The notes beneath the pieces are model-generated. The model did not search any database. It saw only the letters and a program-made list of their open reading frames with translations, and was not told the origin of the DNA. Of a stretch of DNA of 64,000 bases, positions 13,884 through 23,947 are shown one piece after another. The position numbers and the translations under genes are program-made. The DNA lies in contig NC_043013.1 in the NCBI RefSeq assembly GCF_006345805.1, forward strand, positions 5,208,001-5,272,000, in the 5' to 3' direction. Position 1 is the stretch's first letter. Each line of letters begins with the position of its first letter. The stretch comes from Octopus sinensis. Its lineage: Eukaryota.

Positions 13884-13888
<5 letters not shown>
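13608..13888. repeat. Inverted pair of a Penelope-like terminal repeat (arms 13608-13738 and 13756-13888); single copy at about 59961-60170
   Basis: Near-perfect palindrome with a few substitutions/indels, (TA)n on both sides. Confidence 0.75.
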
Positions 13889-13928
<40 letters not shown>

Positions 13929-14507
13929 TATATATATTATATAAAATCTGTTCTGTCTGTCTGTGTGTGTGTCTTCTAGGATCTCGGGCATCCTCCATCC
14001 GATTGCACTCAAATTTGATATGTAGATACCAACGGTATCATGGCGTGTATAAGTCTTGAAAAAATTACAAAAATCGATTCCAGGTGAGAATGTGATTGAT
14101 AAAGCCATGGGAACGTGCATTTGTACGTGCAAGTACATCAGCTGTTGTGATCAATACTACGCATATGCGAGAAAAATGCATGTGCAGTTTGCGCAAAAAA
14201 AGCCAGCTGGCTTGAAATAATGCCACAAAATGCAGTATATTTAAGAGACCAAAAAAGTAAGATACAAAAAAGATATTTTTTTCAAACTTGGTATGAAGGA
14301 AGGAAAGATTATTTGGTTTCTCAAGAAATTTTTTTTTTGCCCTAACTTCATTTAACAAAGCCAAAAATTTTATTGAAATAAAGGCATGCTTAATTATTTT
14401 TTAATGAAAAGAAAACACTAATTGCTTTTTATTCAGCAGATGTGATTCAGCACTGTCCATTGGACGGGGGGGGGGGCATTTTGCTCCTACATATATATAT
14501 ATATATA

Positions 14508-14897
14508 TAGGCATAGGAGTGGCTGTATGGTAAGTAGCTTGCTTACGAACCACATGGTTCCAGGTTCAGTGGCATCTTGGGCAAGTGTCTTCTACTATAG
14601 CCCCAGGCCGACCAAAACCTTGTGAGTGGATTTGGTAGACAGAAACTGAAAGAAGCCTGTCATATATATATATGTATGTGTGTATGTGTTTATATGTTTG
14701 TGTGTCTGTGTTTGTCCCCGCAACATTGCTTGACAACCGATGCTGATGTGTTTACATCCCTATAACTTAGCGGTTCGGCAAAGAGACCGATAGAATAAGT
14801 ACTAAGCTTACAAAGAATAAGTGCTGGGGTCGATTTGCTCGACTAAAGGTGGTGCTCCAGCATGGCCACAGTCAAATGACTGAAACAAGTAAGACTA
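14508..14897 (+). mobile_element. SINE family 1
   Basis: Head, core and tail present, small internal deletion. Confidence 0.88.
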
Positions 14898-14992
14898 AAA
14901 GCATATATATATACATATTCACACACATATATATACATACATACATATATCTATATATAAACACACACACACACATATATATATATATACAC

Positions 14993-15039
<47 letters not shown>

Positions 15040-15243
15040 TATACAGACACATATATATACATACACATATATATACATACACATATATATAGATATATAT
15101 ATATATACATAAATTTATACATATACATACATATATACATGTATATATATATGTATATATATATATATATAAATATGTGTGTATATATATATATATACAT
15201 TTTTTCCTCCATCTTCCCTTCTCTGGATCTTTCCTTTTCCTAT

Positions 15244-15278
15244 GTTTCTGACGAAGAGCTCCGCTCGAAACGTAAAAC
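15244..15278 (+). ncRNA. Minimal hammerhead motif in a Penelope-type terminal repeat (about 15200-15380)
   Basis: GTTT-CTGACGA-AGAGC(TCC)GCTC-GAAACGTA^AAAC. Confidence 0.75.
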
Positions 15279-15418
15279 CCTCCTTTTTCCTTTCCTTCCT
15301 GAGCATCCAATAATACTATATTTGTTCCACGTCCTCGCGTTGTTGTGTTTTCTCTTTGTGTTTTCATGTTTGGATTAACTTTATAGATATATATACATAA
15401 ATAAATACATACATACAT

Positions 15419-15460
<42 letters not shown>

Positions 15461-18446
15461 CTCAGAGGACTGCTAACACTCAGTAACAGGACAAAAATCC
15501 CGTTCTTGAGAGACTTTGTTGCATGCAATCAAGCCTTATGCATAGCACTTATGGAAACACACCTGTAACCGGACGTAGCAGATGCGGAAATACACATACC
15601 ACAGTATGTTGTACTACAGACCGACAGAAAAGAAAGGAGTCATGGAGGAGTTGCTATGTACATCCACGAGGACCTCACACTCCAGGTCATTTTGTCATAC
15701 TCAAATTCGGTGTGTGACACACTAATTGTACATATAAGGCAACTTGGTGTAGTTATATGTGCTACATATCGCCCTCCAGATGCCCCAAGCCATGTAGGCA
15801 AGTTTGAAGACTGCCTTATAAAAATAGAAGTTCTAGTCACATTAGAACAACACATAAGTGTACTTCTTATGGGAGACTTCAATCTACCCAATGTCAGATG
15901 GCCCGAGGGCCTTTCTCTCCCAGGAATGACACGATGTGAACGAGGACAGGCGAGGTCCCTCCTGAACCTCATCAACACTCTGTACATGGAGCAAGTAATA
16001 CTCCAACCAACCAGGGCAGGTAACATACTGGATCTCTGCTTCACAAATAATATGGATCTCATCCATAATGTGAAAGTGACACCGACACTACTCTCGGATC
16101 ACAACATGATAGAGCTGACCATGTACGGGCAAAAGGAAAGTATGGACATGCAGCCTACAAGAAACTCTCAGAATCTTTCCAGCTTGAACTTCCATAAGGC
16201 AAACTGGAAACAAATTGAGAAAGAGATCCTCAAACAAAACTGGCCTGAATGTCTCTCCTCGCCAGACATCGACATGAAACTTCAACAATTCATGTCTGTA
16301 ATGCAAACCATATGCTACAAATGTGTCCCAGAGAGAAAGGCCACTGTACACAAGAACAAAATCCCCAGAGAGAGGAAAATTCTAATGAGACTGTGTACAA
16401 AAGTTTCAAATCGGCTAAACAAACAAATTGAAAGCAGTGAAAAGTCCCGCCTGAAAATAAAACTGTTGGAAATTGAAAAATGTCTGCAACTCTCCCATGA
16501 AAAAGAAAGAGCAGACAAAGAAGCCTGGGCTATAGACAACATAAAATCTAACCCCAGAGCTTTCTATAGGTATGCCAAAGAAACAGCTATGGTGCACTGT
16601 AGGATAGGGCCACTCCTTGAAAAGGATGGCACACTCACAGGAAATCCAATGAGGGTAAGTGAAATACTAAATGAGCAATTCAAGAGTATTTTCACTCCAC
16701 TCCTAGGGCATTTTCAAGTCAGCAATCCAACTGACTTCTTTACCACTGCAGATATAAAATCAGAGGCAGCGATGATTGATTACATCAATATAAAGGAAGA
16801 CGATGTAATAAAGGCTATAGATGAAATGAAAACAAACTCAGCTACTGGCCCCGATGGATTCCCGGCAATCCTTCTAAAAGTATGTAAGAGAGTCCTAGCA
16901 AGACCACTGCAGTTCCTCTTTCAGAGCTTCCTTGCAACTGGCAAACTTCCAAGAAAACTGAAGGAAGGTAAAATATGCCCTATTCATAAAGGAGGTAGCA
17001 GAGCGGAGGCCAAGAACTACAAACCTATCTCTCTGACCTCATACATCAGCAAGGTCATGGAACGAATAGTCAGAAGGAAACTAATCACCTTCCTTGAAGA
17101 AAATGACTTACTGCCTGACACCCAACATGGTTTCCGACCAGGAAGAAGCTGCTTAACTCAGCTCCTACAACACTATGACTGGGTGCTGAAACGACTGCTC
17201 AACCACTAAAATGTGGAAGTCATATATCTCGACTTTGCAAAGGCCTTTGATAAAGTCAATCATGGAATGATATGTCACAAACTGCGTGATCTTAGCATAG
17301 TTGGAAAACTAGGAGAATGGCTTCATGACTTTCTGAAGGATAGAAGTCAGGTGGTAGTAGCGGTGTTCCGTAAGGCACTGTTTTGGGACCACTACTGTTC
17401 ATAATGGCCCTCTCAGACATGCCCTCAGCCACGCAGAGAGCCACGATCACAAGTTAATGCAGATGATACAAAAGTTTCACAGGCAATACAGAACCCTGAA
17501 GATACTAAGCACCTGCAATGTGAGCTGGACAAAATATACAAGTGGGCTGAAAAGAATAGCATGCAGTTCAATGCTGAAAAGTTTCAAGCTTTATGCTATC
17601 AGCATGCAAAACTGAATGCAATACCCAAGGAATACACTGGACCCGGAGGGATTGCAATCCCAGAGGCACAATCAGTGCAAGACCTGGGTATTTACATGAG
17701 TAATGATGCAACCTTTCATATGCATGTTGCTAAATTGGCAATGAATTGTAGGCGGCTGACCGGATGGCTTCTTAGAACCTTTAGAACAAGAGACCAGGAA
17801 ACCATGATGGTCCTCTGGAAGACACTTGTCCTAAGCCACTTTGACTATTGCTCTCAGCTATGGTCACCATCCAGTGTCAAGTTAATCACAGAACTTGAGG
17901 CGATCCAACAAAGCTACACGAAGAAGATAGCCTCTGTGCAGCATATAAGCTACTGGGAAAGACTCAAGAGATTGAGCCTCTATTCCTTAGAGCGTAGGCG
18001 AGAAAGATATGCCATAATATACATCTGGAAGATCCTAGAAGGACTTGCCCCAAACTTTGGCATCGAGAGTTACACAAATGCTAGAACTGGGCGCCACTGC
18101 ATGGTGCCAAGGACTCCACATTTACCATCAAGATGTAGGACAAGATACTGTGATAGCCTGGGCTTCAGAGGCCCACAGCTCTTCAATATCCTCCGGAAGA
18201 ACCTAAGAGACCTGCATGGGGTGGATGCAGATGTCTTTAAAATAAAACTGGATCTCTTCCTGTCAGGTGTCCCAGACGAACCAACTTCACGGCAGGAGGT
18301 GCAGATGAGGGCAGCTGCATCGAACTCTCTCATGCACCAAATGGCAGTTGCTAAAAAGCATTTGTGAAGTAAGATCATGTAGCAACACCAAATGGCGGTG
18401 CCTCAGCATGGCCACAGCTCGTGAGCTGAAACTTGATGAAATAAAA

Positions 18447-18450
<4 letters not shown>
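15461..18450 (+). mobile_element. CR1-group LINE, nearly full ORF2 (APE endonuclease + RT), disabled
   Basis: ETHL, YRPP, GDFN, SDH endonuclease motifs. NYKPISLTS, QHGFRPGRSC, YLDFAKAFDKV RT motifs. Stops near 15570 and at 17207-17209, a deletion near 17370 relative to the second copy, a frameshift near 17455. (TA)n on both sides. Confidence 0.93.
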
Positions 18451-18482
<32 letters not shown>

Positions 18483-18874
18483 CAAGGTCAGACTTATATA
18501 AAGGTCATGGTTCAGGAATCCCTAAACATCAGGGGCTGCAATGAGTCACTAAATGTTGGAGTTAGAAATTTTAAAAAATATTTATATACCAATCAAATAT
18601 TTTGCAATACTTTAAACTTTTGTTTTAATCCAATAGAGCTCTTTTAGCATTGTTGACCCCTCTTTTAATCTATCAGGTCTTTTATGTTTAAAAAATTTGA
18701 CTGAATCCTTCTAAATCTACTTTTTTTTATTTCTTTTTAAAATTTTGGATCCTCTTCAAACTGTTTGAGGCCCCTAGATTTAGTAGAACCTTTTTTATTA
18801 TACTTTGAATTAGTTAAATCACAGGGCTCCACTAGAACTAAATCCAGCCCTCTGTGTGTGTGTGTATATATAAA

Positions 18875-19300
18875 TCATCATCATCGTTTAACGTCCGCTT
18901 TCCATGCTAGCATGGGTTGGACAGTTCAACTGTGGTCTGGGAAGCCCGAAGGCTGCACCAGGCCCAGTCTGATCTGGCAGTGTTTCTACAGCTGGATGCC
19001 CTTCCTAACGCCAACCACTCCGTGAGTGTAGTGGGTGCTTTTTACGTGCCAACGACACAGGTGCCAGACAAGGCTGGCGAACGGCCATGCTCGGATGGTG
19101 CTTTTTATGTGCCACCAGCATGGAGGCCAGGTGAGTCTGGCAACAGCCACGATCGAATGGTGTCTGTTACATGCCACTGGCACAGAGGCCAGTCAATGCA
19201 GCGCTGGCTACGGCTACGTTCGGACGGTTCTCTTACATGCCACTGGCACTGGTATCACAACTACAAATTCCATTGATGTTGATCAATCTATCATCATTGT
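18875..19300 (-). mobile_element. RTE-derived 3'UTR element (four modules)
   Basis: Same tail and modules as 34405-35285. Further copies near 3980-4420, 10200-10380, 26930-27200, 28440-28655, 42770-42965, 44840-45168, 53190-53365 and 59010-59110. Confidence 0.75.
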
Positions 19301-19339
19301 TTAATGTCCACCTTCCTTATATCTATCTATCTATCTATC

Positions 19340-20270
19340 TAGGCATAGGAGTGGCTGTGTGGTAAGTTGCTTGCTTTGATCTTCTATCTCAGGGGAGGGG
19401 CTATAGAGAATTTTATAGAAAGTTTCTTTAATGGTCGGGACCTGATAGACCCCACTTGTATTCCAGAGTGGCCTCCACAGGTGGCTGCTCTGGTACTAGA
19501 AGAAAGGAACTTCTATTATATAATGGACTCCTTCTCAAAGGAAGAGTATAGATCTTGTTTATGGGCCCCCAACTTGCGGCTGCAAGAATGCCTACAGGAG
19601 GCAAGAAAGTTGATTGGGGACTCATTTGTGTAATAGGTTTATCGCCTTATTATGTGTATTAAATTGTTTATATTTGTAATGGACTTTTTAGTCCATAAAG
19701 AGGAATAATAGTAAAATTGTAAGAGGGTTAATACCTCATTCAGTGTTTTTAAAAAGAACAATGTTTTAGAGAAGTGAAAGTCGGCGGGCGCTTTTCGTTT
19801 TCTCCCATCCTTATCATCCTTGTATCATTATCATTCATCTCATTAATGTCCACGTCCAGCCTGCAAGCTACCTTACTCTATGTACTGCCTTTATGGCAAA
19901 CTTAATAAAATAAAGTAGCTTGCTTACCAACCACATGGTTCTGGGTTCAGTCCCACTGCGTGCCACCTTGGGCAAGTGTCTTCGACTATAGCCTCAGGCC
20001 GACCAAAGCCTTGTAAGTGGATTTGGTAGACGGAAACTATATATGTGTATGTGCGTGTATATGTTTGTGTGTCTGTGTTTGTCTCCCCCAACATCGCTTG
20101 ACAACCGATGCTGGTGTGTTTACGTCCCCGTAACTTAGCAGTTCGGCAAAAGAGACCGATAGAATAAGTACTAGGCTTACAAAGAATAAGTCCTGGGGTC
20201 GATTTGCTCGACTAAAGGTGGTGCTCCAGCATGGCCACAGTCACATGACTGATACAAGTAAAAGAGTAAA
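19340..20270 (+). mobile_element. SINE family 1 interrupted between A and B boxes by the ORF1-only element
   Basis: Head 19340-19376, remainder 19913-20270. Confidence 0.88.
19377..19912 (+). mobile_element. 5'-truncated, diverged relative of the ORF1-only element, inserted at the same SINE position
   Basis: 13-bp TSD AAG(T/A)GCTTGCTT-type (19364-19376, 19913-19925; 1 mismatch). Encodes PEWPPQVAALVLEE...EARKLIG. Terminal ~170 bp homologous to 30566-30750. Confidence 0.85.
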
Positions 20271-21088
20271 CATATACAGTACAGTACTATTTCTACTTCA
20301 TGGATTTTCACCTATTGCAGTGGGGGGGGGAATGGAACAGCCACGATAGTCGAGGGATTACCATGTATATGAATATCATACATATATATAAGTTAAAAGA
20401 AAAAACTCGTACACATTAATATCCATCTTTAGACATCAGAAAGTTCAGAAATGCAACAAAAATTGAAATTCTTTAGGTAAAGTGAAAGAAGGTCGTGAAA
20501 CAATAGCACGTGATATGAAATTAACGAAACTCAGCGAAGGTAAAGAATACGCACACCTGGTGTTTAAAGTTAGGGTTACGCCAACAATGGGTTGTGTGCA
20601 TATTCTTTACCCCCGTCCGAAACTCGATCTAAAATATTTTCTATAGCTTCTTCACGAACTGCCGGAGTTCCTCTCTGACACATTTATGCACCAAGCAGTT
20701 AAAAAGAAGAAATTATTGAGATTAGTAATCATTCTGCCCCAGTTTAGACATCATTTCGGATCTTTTCACTTTCCATCATTTCTTGTAAATTGAAATATCA
20801 AATTTGACATTAGTGTGGAAAAATTTACTAGGAATCCAACAGAGAAAAGGATATTGATTGTCAGACAGCAAAAATTATCCAGATATTTTATTAGCAACCT
20901 CAATTACAATCGGGTTCAAAGTTGAAGAGAAATCTCTGGAAAACAAAAGCTACCTATCACCCGAATGTTTCAAAATCTCTCAACAACAGCTATGCTGACC
21001 AATTTCTACTCGCACAGTTGGTACAACAGTACAAAACGGTGATGCAATACTTGCAATATAACATTTTCAAACAGATAGGGAAAAAAAA

Positions 21089-21799
21089 GGATCTTTTCCT
21101 TTTGAACGGCAGTTTTCAACACAATTTCTAGTTAACTAAACACTTTAAAACTTCGTATACTGGTAGAATGTGTCAAAATAAAACATTTTTTTCTCTTGGC
21201 TTTCTTGAGAAAATCGTAATTTGTTTGTTTAATGTAGTTTAATTTTTCGAATTTTAACCAATGAATCGCCTCTATTGAGCTAAAATCATTTGCTCCATCT
21301 AAAACTGAGACAACGTTCTGTCACTGTTATGTTTACGTAAACAGCTATTTATACAGAATATACGGAAAGCGTGTGTATAGCATGTGTATAAAATTATAGA
21401 ATTAATTTAATTGTTATGCGTGTGTCTAAAATTATTCGTTTTGTTTTTGTTTTGAGTTTTTGCTTTCGTTTTTTTTTTCTTAATTGTTATCCTTAAATTA
21501 ATTTAACAATTAAGAAAAAAAAGATGAAAGGCTTAAATTTAGGGTGAGGGTTAGGGTTAGGGTTAGTGACAGGATGTTGTCTCAGTTTTAGACGCAGCAA
21601 ATGATTTTAGCTCAATAGAGGCCATCGAATGGTTAAAATTCGAAAAATTAAACTACGTTAAACTTACAAATTACAATTTTCTCAAGAAAGCCAAGAGAAA
21701 AAATGTTTTATTTTGACACATTCTACCAGTATACGAAGTTTAAAAGTGTTTAGTTACTAGAAATTGTGTTGAAAAGTGCCGTTCAAAAGGAAAAGATCC
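21089..21799. mobile_element. Long-TIR fold-back element (arms 21089-21325 and 21565-21799) with (TTAGGG)n in the spacer
   Basis: About 235-bp inverted arms starting GGATCTTTTCCTTTTGAACGGC. Confidence 0.65.
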
Positions 21800-22130
21800 G
21801 CAACCAGGTCAAAGTTGAAGAGAAATCTCTCTCCAAAAAAAACTACCTATCACCCGAATGTTTCAAAGTCTCTCAATTTCAACAACAGCTACGCTGACCA
21901 ATTTCTACTCGCACAGTTGATACAACAGTACAAAACGGTGATGCAATACTTGCAATATAACATTTTCAAACACATAGGAAAAAAAATAAAACAAGAAATC
22001 AGAAATTACCCATTTTGCCTCACCCACCCCATATGTGAAGTATGTGCACCCAATAATTTTTTTTTTCTTTTTTCTTTCACATTGAATTTCGATATAAACG
22101 GAATCGACAACATCAAAAAGATATTACCCT

Positions 22131-22477
22131 TTACTCTTTTACTTGTTTCAGTCATTTGACTGCGGCCATGCTGGAGCACTGCCTTTAGTCAAACAAATCT
22201 ACCCCGGGACTTATTCTTTGTAAGCCCAGTACTTATTCTAGCATCGGTTGTCAAGCGATGTTAGGGGGACAAACACAGACATATACACATACATATATAT
22301 ATATATACATATATACAACAGGCTTCATTCAGTTTCCGTCTACCAAATCCACTCACAAGTTTTTGGACGGCCCAAGGCTATAGTAGACACTTGCCCAAGG
22401 TGCCACGCAGTGGGACTGAACCCGGAACCATGTGGTTGGTAAGCAAGCTACTTACCACACAGCCACTCCTACACCTA
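22131..22477 (-). mobile_element. SINE family 1
   Basis: Matches consensus with an internal deletion. Confidence 0.85.
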
Positions 22478-22822
22478 TAGAAAATTTTATTAAAACAATA
22501 TAGATATTTCTGAAAGTTATGAAGTGTAGGTATGTTAATTAGGTACTACTTAAGAAGAGTGGTCCCGGTGCGCGCACTCGCGCAAGCTAGTCGTAACCAG
22601 CTGATCCTTACCTTGTGTTTTTGTTTTATTTACTTTGTTTTAAAAAAAGTTATTTGCTTTGTGTTTTTGTGTTTTATTTACTTTGCTAGGTAGTCGTTGT
22701 AGGATCGACTAGTTACGACTAGCTAGTACCGTTAATTAAATTAACATAATTAATATAAAGAGAAAGCTTAAACTGAAACATCTCAACGAAAGAAAGTGCA
22801 AAAGACAATTAAAAATTCTTAC

Positions 22823-22938
22823 TCTAAATCTTTCACTAAATTCTCCAACTGCTCTTCGGTCATTTCAAGAAGGCGCTCATCGCCCACTTCGTTAGTTGTA
22901 GCCGTGCTACAACTATACGTCTCCGAGCGGTCCACCAT
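22823..22938 (-). CDS. CCDC113: CCDC113 coding exon 1 (MVDRSETYSCSTATTNEVGDERLLEMTEEQLENLVKDL + GA)
   Basis: ATG at 22938, open frame to GA|GTAAGA donor at 22822. The phase-2 end joins the single A opening exon 2 (GA|A = Glu). L..LV.EL pattern matches the CCDC113 N-terminus as I recall it. Confidence 0.85.
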
Positions 22939-22943
22939 CTTGC

Positions 22944-22969
22944 TGTTTACATACCGTTTCTATGGCGAC
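22944..22969 (-). promoter_or_regulatory. RFX X-box (GTCGCC-AT-AGAAAC, 22956-22969) plus adjacent forkhead motif TGTTTAC (22944-22950) upstream of CCDC113
   Basis: Exact fit to X-box consensus RYYNYY-WW-RRNRAC, 17 bp upstream of the ATG of a ciliary gene. Confidence 0.75.
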
Positions 22970-23084
22970 ATGAAGCTACACCCTTTGGCCGCTCTACAGC
23001 CAAGATATCACACCCATTCCCCCACTGTATATAAATAAAGTCATACATATTTACACACACACACATATATATATATATATTTAA

Positions 23085-23310
23085 GGCGGCGAGCTGGCAG
23101 AACTGTTAGCACGCCGGGCGAAATGCGTAGCCGTATTTCGTCTGTCGTTACGTTCTGAGTTCAAATTCCGCCGAGGTCGACTTTGCCATTCATCCTTTCG
23201 GGGTCGATAAATTAAGTACCAGTTGCGCACTGGGGTCGATGTAATCGACTTAATCCCTTTGTCTGTCCTTGTTTGTCCTCTCTGTGTTTAGCCCCTTGTA
23301 GGTAGTAAAG

Positions 23311-23315
<5 letters not shown>
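23085..23315 (+). mobile_element. tRNA-headed SINE family 2 (central GTCGACTTTGCCTTTCATCCTTTCGGGGTCGATAAATTAAGTACC, Meta-domain-like)
   Basis: Repeated at about 38485, 38755, 39358, 39597, 40270, 48440, 48605, 52845 (+) and 59655-59863 (-). Confidence 0.85.
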
Positions 23316-23346
<31 letters not shown>

Positions 23347-23695
23347 GAGCGTGTGGACAAACAAAAGAAAAGGGCACTCGACGCATTTAGCAGGAGTTAC
23401 AAGTATTGAAACAGTTTGATTCGGTATTGTACTATTTCAAGTTTCGCAGGCCCCTAACGGGACCCCGCTTCCATTAGGCTTTTGGAATGCCGAATCGGTT
23501 CGAAGGAGGTGTTATATATTAATAACCGGTGTAAAATTAGTAATTTCTGATTTCTCTGCTTGAAATCATTACATTGCAAATATTGCATCGTGTTTAGAAG
23601 TAAAAATTGGTCAGCATAATTGTTGCTAAAGTTGAGAGAGTTTGGAACGTAAGTTAGGTGACAGGTACTTTTTCTTAAACTATGATTTGATTATA

Positions 23696-23947
23696 TTGGG
23701 TTGGTGTGCATAATTATTGCGGCTTTTTTTTTTTTTTCAACAAATTTTATCCAACAAAAACAATAACAACATGTAACAAAATCATTTTTAAATGATTATT
23801 TAAATTATTATTATCTTTAAATGATTATTCCCATTAGTTTGACAGACGTTCAGACCATCGTTTAATGATGTTTTCGTTAAATAATGCTATTGTTTTTGTT
23901 GAATAAAATTTGTTGAAAAAAGCCGCAATAATTATGCACTAACCCAA
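23696..23947. mobile_element. mariner-type MITE
   Basis: TA|TTGGGTTGGTGTGCATAATTATTGCGGCTTTT...AAAAGCCGCAATAATTATGCACTAACCCAA|TA. Confidence 0.8.

Noticed and set aside
19030-19260. CRISPR-like repeat/spacer look
   Set aside because: Eukaryotic LINE UTR, spacers resemble each other, no cas genes.
20922-22159. Duplicated ORFs MKRNLWKTK... and MPFKRKRS...
   Set aside because: No splice signals or domain; produced by the local 175-bp duplication.
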